IMG/VR virus record: IMGVR_UViG_3300024520_000047
Coordinates: 1-64,000 of that record
Reading direction: 5' to 3' (one strand)
DNA: 64,000 nucleotides
Shown here: piece after piece, positions 26,001 to 33,160 of the stretch
How the letters are laid out: each line of letters opens with the position of its first letter
Position numbering within the stretch: the stretch's first letter is position 1
Notes under the pieces: model-generated
Databases searched by the model: none
Told to the model about the DNA's origin: nothing
Seen by the model: the letters and a program-made list of their open reading frames with translations, nothing else
Translations under genes and position numbers: made by a program

Positions 26001-27368
26001 AGTATTGTAAAAACTATCGAAGTGGTATAAACTTTCATTTAAACGATGAGCGGTTCTTATTAGAGAAATTATCTTTGGGGTTATCTCTCCCCCATCATTG
26101 TGAAATTCGTATTCTTCCTTTAAATATCTTTTAGGTGTGGTGTCTTTGGAATAAACCCATGTATAATTGCCGGGATACAAACTTTTGGGGTCTACATTTA
26201 ATTCGTAAAGAGTATCTAAAGTTATGTCATCCCAATTTTCAATTTTAATCCTTTCCTTCCCTACATCCTCATATTCTGTGGGGGTAAGAAGAGTATAGTA
26301 GGTGTTACGGTTTTCATCGACACTTACATTAACCACCATATAAGGGGTAAGTAATTCTGGTACGTCTTGCCACTCGATATCATCATCTCTATTATACCAT
26401 CCCATCTGACCTGCGTCCCACCTATATCCAGCATTCGCAGCGAGTTCCTCTAGACCACCACCTACTACATAACCCTGTGTTTCTAATACATCAGTTAGTT
26501 CTTCATCCGACAGGTAATGACTACGAAACCCTTTACGGTCAATAACCACTATCTTATCCCCTACTTCTAGTTTAGGGTTATGTCTCCATAATTGGTGTTG
26601 GTTTCTAATATTTTCTTCCTTTAGGGTTGGTGGTAGGGGGTCATTCGTTCCTAGGTCCAATAAAGCGTAATGACCATTCTTCATTCCCAAATTACTAATT
26701 CCTATATCCAACCATCGTCTTCCAGTTGCTTCAATTTCTTTACGAATATTAACAATGTCGTCATACACTTGTCGGCATTCGGGAGACCCATCTACTGGTG
26801 GGTGAATAAGAGCTTTTCCTGTAGGGTCCGAATAAAAATCTACATAAATAGGATTGTCTTCTCTACAACAACATCTAGTGAACATCTTTTCTTCAGGTGT
26901 GGTTGGGTGGGTTAGGAGTTCTAAAACAATAATATACGCTTGACTACTATCTGATGTATAATAAGGAGTCTTAAAAGGGGCGGTAGCAAATACATTTGCT
27001 ACATATTCATTTTGTTTACCTTTTAAACTTTGTGCTTGACGGTGTTCAGCTTCATCTCCAGTAATTTTAATTACTTTATCATCATCAAGAAGTGCAGCAA
27101 TACCATTTCCACCACTAATAATATCAATAACGTCACCTAAATTATTATCAGTAATGTAATCCTTTAAAACCTTCTTAGGGTCAGCACTAAATTTAACTTT
27201 TCCGTGTTCAGCGTCTATTATATATTCTTCCGTATCCGGTACATCAATAGACTGATAAATGTCTTTACGTAACTCAGGGTCATTTCTAAAAGACTGGTCT
27301 ATCGCAACCTGTAATCCCGGGTCTAATTGTTTGGGTGATTCTTGTAATATATTAGGAGATTGTCTCAT
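19995..27368 (-). CDS. giant acidic modular polyprotein P2 (2457 aa): protein-kinase-like, HD hydrolase, 5 A-repeats, 2 B-repeats, Cys-rich module; LxE linkers
   Basis: Kinase motifs SGGNG/VIK/DIGISN/DLG; HD motifs WHPEG...HDLGK...HGHE; repeats visible in translation. Confidence 0.9.
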   Translation of the reverse strand: MRQSPNILQESPKQLDPGLQVAIDQSFRNDPELRKDIYQSIDVPDTEEYIIDAEHGKVKFSADPKKVLKDYITDNNLGDVIDIISGGNGIAALLDDDKVIKITGDEAEHRQAQSLKGKQNEYVANVFATAPFKTPYYTSDSSQAYIIVLELLTHPTTPEEKMFTRCCCREDNPIYVDFYSDPTGKALIHPPVDGSPECRQVYDDIVNIRKEIEATGRRWLDIGISNLGMKNGHYALLDLGTNDPLPPTLKEENIRNQHQLWRHNPKLEVGDKIVVIDRKGFRSHYLSDEELTDVLETQGYVVGGGLEELAANAGYRWDAGQMGWYNRDDDIEWQDVPELLTPYMVVNVSVDENRNTYYTLLTPTEYEDVGKERIKIENWDDITLDTLYELNVDPKSLYPGNYTWVYSKDTTPKRYLKEEYEFHNDGGEITPKIISLIRTAHRLNESLYHFDSFYNTLRKYLDVGGIFSSSDGKQIAATLWLIIKEGGGFSDWNITNLLWEPLPNIYYYTVEFYAEEAESEEILEECLQSGGHFYGELSEEDCECIQWTEFYDDEKDEYRECTEDEKDEGKCDCDQMEDKYVDQYYYEELQAEYLSTVELEYLNTIDELTDTVNANEETVELMSQYYDTTEYQLEGDFDFDEEGMVINWADHDAEVEYHLELLNDALYPDRDTLNDTTSVEVIKEEQQLDLFHGGWPFDSVMEDEDKEWIMKDYPENAVKYLYKKWDQDGVSWEDLKLLGMQGIQGDGVTMLLKRYIMNTQAPIPVTSLWDCDDLARLFDDDNHEELIRKYLCGEDAWDWDGWYDHNEFYEGMLDNLDDGSWKMIMEILGIKDKEVAGRLLEGHVDNDFEDDIAAEKESEIDEIRNKITRAYSIEQEDATKRAIFDDIRDKIEDWFDGTGKWVRDNNNGSYSWIIESDLKRWISDDDWDNTDFFQFHEDYASRPLEDVMRDMARLTPDQLFGEIMIEEFGRGDDYNEGKRGDHLEVDGKYFDGYWYPDISEEYFNDILYDDLYELVPQSKEPSAKDDEGNFGPPKPTDPASLTENIDQQKVNPPLESGDEIIVIDVKDKEGEIPDQVPELFVPYRVTTTPKRDQYWYGINRPMKDVSYPDRPGVLSNKAIMRYLMPDTDTWILVEKNKGMWDDDIDLLGESVTNFKELYNASPRPLQQILMDQWKAKQNPEWHPEGNVLKHIITVTNRAFAEQPENINLILSAYFHDLGKLATLGVNPKTGQPTAHGHEKVSTQLVNEYSEFIESLGGDPEEIGYMVSNHMKMKPRVWDVMRQSKKDKITDHPSFGNLDALSKIDRGGLQLDEEKMEFGKDKGFYDDDQYYDFTPFTNMEVKLLNKLAQEFTSEDLEMIGESDAANLPRALEERYNDIMKLFSIPARTMEDWVIASKYARWAVDNWGEAAGEVDEKRDYAQVKTPVKIYPSYFEVEAEESGWEKIFKHGSVDIPGFSSQDVTDRATADWYDWGGEMETYDYGDWESDGWEIESTTHRETIKEQSENLPLKKFLHQNYTQEVFRIYKKLALAAKLLLTSYEDSYTEGGVRNFKYGGFGGGEGGRGEIGLLADKIETAQMELYDLWGTINEDLYKLGLIDTTNIGPPDERDFISYNRLRGLTPNPVVKAWARQIIERIDNMELVALTGEWEGNDKGVGKEVEIWGGDTPYILREQKETQLSPELEVGDSIRVIDIDRERERMKGRGEAERPEILTPYIVVEKESAGHKAQWPWRYTLLPADKHQDYLNGDYMVGRGTAKLLYPWIYQWIKVHKKPITEQKEKLNPSLNIGDVIRVVDVDKDTRYKQSAGSGMYRTRSRGELHGEDTFPTIMETYYVTSPEPVNTEQITFGNEPTFRNLYWNMLPITGENIEWDRGNRILTTNDKWIMVKKHVSNIPQEIEARQKEIDASGKNITSRRLNEQDAESGLEDDDLYVEYGPFTALEVKILNTIVREFTFDELKAIATRTFKTDIQRQVTSRYEDVMKLFGEPNSGEGSAQIWTIISKYARWALENRHEADDGDYGQIKNARKEYPSEYEVEAEESGWEQVFKRGSANVTAFGATDAEEKSREDFYGWGGEMHTYEHGDYESDDWEITDAYHFNTLKEQKIDTTKIPKEEISPPLKVGDKIFIWDLEMDPAPPGTTTLTIPNTTVGIVVHVYEGNASEEPRGDMFRGGIKYEIDTYDGHLGLYQGVEDYDYYADDGGGRDKWIIIRNTPLTEAIIPQLPEEERPNIPNYIRRLLIIGRFEYKGGWGKNSQTFLLYMTPTGKIVDIAKSGNLSNIPFQIGDTINIFDLRDFEKKSDYTLTMGGKLRGDMTEEVNRHLQAAQKDFLIKRRFFESFDKMDLTAFIKVRSQHVTTAQLVEKRKLIFDFLSEVKNKEMTNENFYSHFLIGGKDWIDTYSTVLKKDSGLLSEDGDKIKNLIWDTTIHSLKNKNKEVTLREAKRNIIPTANRLINLWKETL

Positions 27369-27387
27369 TATCCATAAATATCTGAGA

Positions 27388-27606
27388 CTACAGAAGATTT
27401 GCTCTATGGAAAAATTGTATTATTTTGTGTTTGTCGTTTTTGTTTTGGGTTTTTAAAATCTTTTCTTCAAATACTTCCCATAGAATTTCTTTTTGTAAGT
27501 GTGCATCAGTAATTCCAAATAATTTTAAATCATTCTTGCATTTAATTTTCTGGTGTGTAATACATTCATAAATTTTATCGATAATTTTATCATCAGCATT
27601 TTTCAT
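27388..27606 (-). CDS. hypothetical protein
   Basis: 72-aa ORF. Confidence 0.55.
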   Translation of the reverse strand: MKNADDKIIDKIYECITHQKIKCKNDLKLFGITDAHLQKEILWEVFEEKILKTQNKNDKHKIIQFFHRANLL

Positions 27607-27608
27607 GA

Positions 27609-27743
27609 TTAATAATACCCCTTTCTTTCCATGGAAAAAAAATATTCATCTATTCGCATAACACGTTTTTCTCCTGAAGGAAAACAAACCAGTACTCTCC
27701 CATTTGGGAATCTTTTAGCTATACGTGGTATGTCGGTTTTCAT
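27609..27743 (-). CDS. hypothetical protein (44 aa, absent from ORF track)
   Basis: MKTDIPRIAKRFPNGRVLVCF...; TATTTAT upstream. Confidence 0.45.
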   Translation of the reverse strand: MKTDIPRIAKRFPNGRVLVCFPSGEKRVMRIDEYFFSMERKGYY

Positions 27744-27941
27744 AATAATAAATATCTAATATAATTTATTATAATACGTAGTTAATAAATTTTGTATTGT
27801 AATTGCTTCAACATTCCATTTTTTTAAAAACAAAAAAATATATTTAGAGATATATCTTACATGTTTTTTTTTATTACGTGAATGAGATAATACTTTTTCT
27901 AATTTTAATAAATCTGAAGTTATACACATCTAATTGGTGAG

Positions 27942-28496
27942 TTATTTTTCTAATCGTTGTTTAACAAAAGCCTCATTATTAAGTATGTTTTCCTTTTGCA
28001 GTTTCTTTAGGTCTTCTAGTTTACTTTTTCTATTTTCTTCTCCTTTTTTTAATTCTACAGCTTGACGTTTTTGTCGTTCAATAATTCCTTTTCTAATTTT
28101 TTCACGGTCTTGGTGTTGTAATATCTTATCAAATTGAGTTTCTAATTTATATATTTTGTCGCCTAAACTCTTTAACATAAACATACTATTCTTTATTAAC
28201 TCCACAATCTCTATTAAACTGGTTTCTTGGCTTGGGAGGGATTCAATGTATTTTATGTAATTAACCCCCTCTTCTGGACTGTTAAAGTCTCTATTAGGTA
28301 TAATATATTCTTTTCCAATAACAAAAGTGGGAAATACACCACTTCTAGTTAAAGATTTAATTATATCCCATTCTTCAGAATACTCTTTATAATCCCGTTC
28401 AATATATTGTATCTTTTCTTTATCCAGTTCTTCTTTCATTTTTTTACAATATGCACAACTAGTCATAGTGTACATTAATATTTGTTGTTTTTCCAT
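27942..28496 (-). CDS. glutaredoxin-like protein with C-terminal coiled coil
   Basis: CAYC active site, FPTFVIG cis-Pro loop. Confidence 0.8.
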   Translation of the reverse strand: MEKQQILMYTMTSCAYCKKMKEELDKEKIQYIERDYKEYSEEWDIIKSLTRSGVFPTFVIGKEYIIPNRDFNSPEEGVNYIKYIESLPSQETSLIEIVELIKNSMFMLKSLGDKIYKLETQFDKILQHQDREKIRKGIIERQKRQAVELKKGEENRKSKLEDLKKLQKENILNNEAFVKQRLEK

Positions 28497-28499
28497 AAT

Positions 28500-28925
28500 T
28501 TATTCTTTTATAATAGAAAATTTATTTCCTTGTTTTATTTTATTAATTATATCTACCCCCTCCGTTATGTGTCCAAAACATGTATGTTTACCATCCAAAT
28601 GTTTTGTGTGGTGTCTATTATAACATATAAAAAACTGTGACCCACCAGTATTTTTACCTGCATGTGCCATCGATAAGACACCGGTATTGTGGTATTGATT
28701 ATTACCATCCACCTCACAATCAATGCTATAACCTGGTCCCCCACTACCATCCCCATTAGGGCATCCACCTTGTATTACAAATTGGGGTATTACCCTATGG
28801 AATATTAAGTTAGTGTAGAACCCGTCATCCACCAATTTATTAAAATTCTTAGTGGTGCTGGGGGCACCCTCATTATACAAAGTCACATTCATTTCTCCAT
28901 GTTCAGTTATTATTTTTATTCCCAT
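28500..28925 (-). CDS. cyclophilin-type peptidyl-prolyl cis-trans isomerase
   Basis: FHRVIPQFVIQGG, LSMAHAGKNTGGSQFFI, HLDGKHTCFG. Confidence 0.95.
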   Translation of the reverse strand: MGIKIITEHGEMNVTLYNEGAPSTTKNFNKLVDDGFYTNLIFHRVIPQFVIQGGCPNGDGSGGPGYSIDCEVDGNNQYHNTGVLSMAHAGKNTGGSQFFICYNRHHTKHLDGKHTCFGHITEGVDIINKIKQGNKFSIIKE

Positions 28926-28932
28926 TATTAAC

Positions 28933-29394
28933 TTATTTAAATTTATTTACTGAATATGTGTATATTTTTTTAATAATAAATTTATACAATTTATAAAAAA
29001 TGTAAAAAATGGATATAAATAATATTCCTTGGAATATACCCATTATGAGTGGAATTACCAAATCTTTAAAATAAACAGTAGTGAAAACATTTGTATACGG
29101 TACATAGTGTTTATTTTTATAAAATTCTGCTAGTTCTTCTATAGTATCAATATACTCCGGTAAATTATTTGCCTTGACATCATCACAATTTACAAAATGT
29201 CCTCTATCCCATACGCCATACATAGTAAGTAAAGAAATAACCAATAGATATACCAAAATTAATTTACCTTTATTATTTGTAATGTAATTAACTATTCCTT
29301 TTGTCATTAATAAATTACCTAAAAATTCAGATACCCTATCTAAAGCTGAAACATATTCATCTATAATCCTATTATCTTTTGTAGATTTTGACAT
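28933..29394 (-). CDS. membrane protein
   Basis: Two hydrophobic segments. Confidence 0.6.
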   Translation of the reverse strand: MSKSTKDNRIIDEYVSALDRVSEFLGNLLMTKGIVNYITNNKGKLILVYLLVISLLTMYGVWDRGHFVNCDDVKANNLPEYIDTIEELAEFYKNKHYVPYTNVFTTVYFKDLVIPLIMGIFQGILFISIFYIFYKLYKFIIKKIYTYSVNKFK

Positions 29395-29410
29395 TAATAT
29401 ATTATTTTTT

Positions 29411-30019
29411 TTAATCTAAAATTTTATCCACCAACCCATATTCTAAACATTTTTCAGCATTCCACCATAAATCATGTTTTAAAATTTCCTCTAATTTAGA
29501 AACAGGAACTTTAGTATATTCTTTATATAACTTATTAATCATTTCCATTAACTTTTTATTATTTTCCATATCATCTACTAATTCACTATATTTTCCCCAT
29601 GACGAAGAGCTTAACTGATGTATTAACATATAGGAATGTCGATGTATCCACCTTTCCTTGCCCACTACACTAATCATTGTTCCTGCACTAGCCGCACACC
29701 CCTCAATAATTGTAATGACCTCACAAGAGGTATTTCTAATTGTGTCCAGTGTGGATAAACCCGCAAAAATACTTCCACCATATGAGTTAATGTGTAAATA
29801 AATATATGGTAATGGTATCCCCATAGAAAGAGAATGTTTTTGTAAGTGAATGTCTAACTCTCTAATTGCTTTATTAAGTTCCAACATTTTAGACCGTTCC
29901 ACTTCAGAATAAAAATATATATGGTTATCTATTGCTGTAATTTGATTGTTGTCATTATTAGAATCTAAATTATCAGATTTTGTTTTTTCTTTTGTTTTGC
30001 CCCAATATGGTTCTCTCAT
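29411..30019 (-). CDS. ClpP-family serine protease (divergent)
   Basis: INSYGGS, AASAG (Ser), LIHQ (His), HDLWW (Asp). Confidence 0.9.
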   Translation of the reverse strand: MREPYWGKTKEKTKSDNLDSNNDNNQITAIDNHIYFYSEVERSKMLELNKAIRELDIHLQKHSLSMGIPLPYIYLHINSYGGSIFAGLSTLDTIRNTSCEVITIIEGCAASAGTMISVVGKERWIHRHSYMLIHQLSSSSWGKYSELVDDMENNKKLMEMINKLYKEYTKVPVSKLEEILKHDLWWNAEKCLEYGLVDKILD

Positions 30020-30258
30020 AAATTTTCTAATTTAATTGTATATTCATTTATTGTTTGTAGCTTAACTGATGGGTAACAAACTTGCCCATAATTATAATGT
30101 GGTATTGTAATTGTTGTGGTATCATAATCTATAAAGCTATATTGTGGACATTGGTTACATGGTTTTGCTTTTTTAGTTGTAGAACACGAACCAAGTACCA
30201 TGGATAATACACACATAATAGTTCCTAAAATTAATAAAAATTTTAATAAATCTTTCAT
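30016..30258 (-). CDS. small lipoprotein
   Basis: Signal peptide with lipobox LGS-C. Confidence 0.65.
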   Translation of the reverse strand: MKDLLKFLLILGTIMCVLSMVLGSCSTTKKAKPCNQCPQYSFIDYDTTTITIPHYNYGQVCYPSVKLQTINEYTIKLENL

Positions 30259-30917
30259 TTTCTTTTTCCTATAATTTCATCTATTACACCATAGTCTAAT
30301 GCCGCTTCTGCGTCTAACCATAAATCTCTCTGGGCATCTTTCTCCACTCTTTTTGGTGTTTTACCACAACACTTTCCTAATATTTCAAAAAGAAGTTTAT
30401 TAGTTTTTTCCCATTCCTCCATAGTTATTCTAGCATCTTGTATATTTCCGATTGCCCCACCACTAGATTGGTGTAACATGGTCTGACTATACCTTAAAGA
30501 ATTTCTTTTACCCTTAGTACCTGCAGCCAATAATACGGACCCCATGGAAGCCGCCATACCGGTATTGACTGTTCTAATGTCACATTTAATATAATCCATA
30601 ACATCTATTATACCTAACCCCGCTTTAACAGAACCTCCCGGTGAATCAATATATAAAGTAATATCATCGTTATTTACAGTATCTAAAAACATAAGTTGGG
30701 ATTGTAAAACATGTCCAGTCATGGATGTAATCGGTCCAGCTACCCAAATAATTCTTTCCATCATCAATCTAGAAAAAATATCCATTTGTGTTACTCTCAA
30801 TTCTCTTTCTTCCAATATATAAGGTGTCATGCTATTTTCATACCCCTGTAAATCTCCCTTATTAACACCATAATGTTGGGTAGCATATTTCTGAAATTCT
30901 TTATAATCTATATTCAT
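30255..30917 (-). CDS. clpP: ATP-dependent Clp protease proteolytic subunit
   Basis: MDIFSRLMMERII, DSPGGSV, AASMG, MLHQ, RDLWL. Confidence 0.95.
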   Translation of the reverse strand: MNIDYKEFQKYATQHYGVNKGDLQGYENSMTPYILEERELRVTQMDIFSRLMMERIIWVAGPITSMTGHVLQSQLMFLDTVNNDDITLYIDSPGGSVKAGLGIIDVMDYIKCDIRTVNTGMAASMGSVLLAAGTKGKRNSLRYSQTMLHQSSGGAIGNIQDARITMEEWEKTNKLLFEILGKCCGKTPKRVEKDAQRDLWLDAEAALDYGVIDEIIGKRK

Positions 30918-31177
30918 CTATTTTTTTTTAATTTATTAGTAATTTTCCCCCACCAAGATATTTTTTTCTTCCCATAAGTCGTCTCGGGGACAATCGGTAA
31001 GACATCGTCTAAAAATTGTTTATACCTTTCTGGTTGTATCAAATTCATTATATAAGTATGGGTCCTCCCTAAGCTACGTAAGCTTCGATAAAAATTTCTA
31101 TTAATTTTAGTAGATGGTGAAGTTATTTTTATTTTCATTGGGGGTAAATTATGTCTACTGTAATATGGTATTTTCAC
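30914..31177 (-). CDS. basic hypothetical protein
   Basis: 87-aa ORF in coupled run. Confidence 0.55.
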   Translation of the reverse strand: MKIPYYSRHNLPPMKIKITSPSTKINRNFYRSLRSLGRTHTYIMNLIQPERYKQFLDDVLPIVPETTYGKKKISWWGKITNKLKKNR

Positions 31178-31179
31178 AA

Positions 31180-31509
31180 TTAATTATTTATATATTGTTT
31201 ATGATATTTTGTTCCTATAGTTACCAAGGAATCATGTTTTTGATAATATTCTTCTAAAGTTTCAAATCCGTAAATTTCTTTTACATCTTCTAATAAAATA
31301 CTGTCTTTGAAAGCCTTTCTTTCTGCATCTAAAATAGAATCACACGCATCATCTTCATATGTTGATTCCTTTACATGTTGTATTTCTATAACTTCTTTTT
31401 CTATTGGGGTTCCTGAGTCAAAAAAATATATATAACATATGACATATATAATTCCTACCCACCCAAAAAAATAAAATATTAACGAATCTTTACGTTGGTG
31501 TTTTTTCAT
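31180..31509 (-). CDS. membrane-anchored hypothetical protein
   Basis: Single N-terminal TM helix. Confidence 0.6.
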   Translation of the reverse strand: MKKHQRKDSLIFYFFGWVGIIYVICYIYFFDSGTPIEKEVIEIQHVKESTYEDDACDSILDAERKAFKDSILLEDVKEIYGFETLEEYYQKHDSLVTIGTKYHKQYINN

Positions 31510-31585
31510 AAATAAAAAATAAGAAAATTTAAGAAAGAAGACAAGAGTATTTTATTAAAACTATATTAATCTTAGGTAGTTAGTA

Positions 31586-32365
31586 TTACCTTGGGGTTCT
31601 CTTAGTTGGTTTGTGAAAATTTGTAGTGGTTGGTTTACTACGAGAAGGTGTGTAATTTGTTCTTACATTATTTGCTTTATAATGTGTTTGTTTTGTAGGT
31701 TTATATGAATGTGTTTTTACTGGTGGTCGTGAAACATTATTCCTAACAATCGGTTTGGGTTTAGAGTAATTGTACGTTTTAACTACGTTATTACTTGGTT
31801 TTGGTCTTTGGTATGTGGTTATTGCCTTTACGGGTTTATTACGATTTACATCTTTTTTTATGTAATCTTTTCCTTTCTCTATTGGTTTAGGTTTGATATT
31901 GATGTTTGAAGTTTGTGTAGTTTTTCTATTATTGGAGGACATACTTTTTCTATGTCCGTAATAATAGTTATTTGGGTAATAATTACTATAACAATAATAG
32001 TTTGAATAGTAACTGGGCCATGAGTACCAATAAGCGTAGTTATTATAGGGATACCCGTACCAACCATAATAACTGTTATATCCCCAATAAAATGAAAAAT
32101 TATTATAATAACTATAAGAATACCAGTAGGGATTATAATATGACCAATAAGATGCGTAATATGACCTCCTATGAAATCTATTAATTCTTGAACTATAATT
32201 AGTGTAATAATTATTAGTCACATATACCGATTTCTCTAATGTATCAGATTCTAAAGTATCTAAAAGTTCATAATCATCTACGGTATAATATACATCATCA
32301 TAATATTCTTGTGAATAAGTAGATAATGTAATTACAATAAAAAAAATCCCTAATAATTTTTTCAT
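31586..32365 (-). CDS. secreted Tyr/Asn/Ser-rich low-complexity protein with basic Pro-rich tail (start moved to MKKLLG)
   Basis: Signal peptide MKKLLGIFFIVITLSTYS, then YYDDVYY, Y/W/N/S-rich tract, K/R/P/T-rich tail. Confidence 0.75.
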   Translation of the reverse strand: MKKLLGIFFIVITLSTYSQEYYDDVYYTVDDYELLDTLESDTLEKSVYVTNNYYTNYSSRINRFHRRSYYASYWSYYNPYWYSYSYYNNFSFYWGYNSYYGWYGYPYNNYAYWYSWPSYYSNYYCYSNYYPNNYYYGHRKSMSSNNRKTTQTSNINIKPKPIEKGKDYIKKDVNRNKPVKAITTYQRPKPSNNVVKTYNYSKPKPIVRNNVSRPPVKTHSYKPTKQTHYKANNVRTNYTPSRSKPTTTNFHKPTKRTPR

Positions 32366-32396
32366 ACTATTAGGGATTATACAATAATCGTACCAC

Positions 32397-32657
32397 TTAT
32401 TCTTCGTACTCTCTTTCTCTTTCGTATTCACAAATATCTTCTTCCCATAAAGGAAGGATACTGTCACAACATTCAAAAATAAAATCAGTAATGTCTACAT
32501 CTTTTCCATCATTACAAATTAAGACTTTTTCTATCTCTATTTCAGTATGTGGGGGAGTACCACTGCCATCTGGATGATACCGCACACCCGGGTCATAGTC
32601 ATAACTATACTCTATAGTTACTGTATTGTCCCCATAATCTTTTTCTAATATTCCCAT
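32397..32657 (-). CDS. acidic hypothetical protein
   Basis: 86-aa ORF. Confidence 0.65.
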   Translation of the reverse strand: MGILEKDYGDNTVTIEYSYDYDPGVRYHPDGSGTPPHTEIEIEKVLICNDGKDVDITDFIFECCDSILPLWEEDICEYEREREYEE

Positions 32658-32660
32658 TTT

Positions 32661-33023
32661 TTATAGTTTTATATACTCATCTTTGTTTTGGTTTATATAT
32701 GTTAGATATAATTCCCATAGGCTATATCGTTCACCTTTCTTACCCATATCATATGAAAGTTCCATTAATCTACAAACATCATCTTTACCTAATAGTGGAT
32801 ATTTATTTTTTTCTTTATACAATATCTTTTTGACGTTTTCCATTTTCATCAGATGTTCATCGTACCAATTAAGTGATAACGAAGCCCATATAGTTGTAAT
32901 TACAGTTACCGATAATGGACATACTAAATTTAGGTACCAACTTTCAGATATTTCATATACACCAACACCTAAAATTACCATAAGTGGGATATAAATTAAT
33001 GTTGTTATTAAAATCTTATTCAT
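32661..33023 (-). CDS. membrane protein
   Basis: Two TM segments; starts in a junction element and reads through another as INQNKDE. Confidence 0.7.
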   Translation of the reverse strand: MNKILITTLIYIPLMVILGVGVYEISESWYLNLVCPLSVTVITTIWASLSLNWYDEHLMKMENVKKILYKEKNKYPLLGKDDVCRLMELSYDMGKKGERYSLWELYLTYINQNKDEYIKL

Positions 33024-33160
33024 CTTTGTTTTGGTTTAATAAATGGTTAAACGCAGTCTGTCTTCTGGTGTTTTCATCGGTACGACTACGTGAGTTAATC
33101 CGATGGTTTTAATTTTTCCGCACAACCATTTTTATAGCTTTATCTACTTTTTTTACCATA

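Noticed and set aside
6074-27456. Many 60-155 aa plus-strand ORFs inside P1, P2 and neighbouring genes
   Set aside because: Antisense shadows of long minus-strand genes, with no motifs or start context; the same applies to most other nested opposite-strand ORFs in the track
29411-30019. Divergent ClpP as the capsid maturation protease
   Set aside because: ClpP-type head proteases exist in some phages, but this gene sits among host-like chaperone genes, not next to portal or capsid genes; cannot be supported from this window
33037-33159. Possible frameshifted small ORF ending at a junction element
   Set aside because: Joining the two frames needs a 1-nt change in an A5 run; too short to distinguish a pseudogene, sequencing error or non-coding DNA
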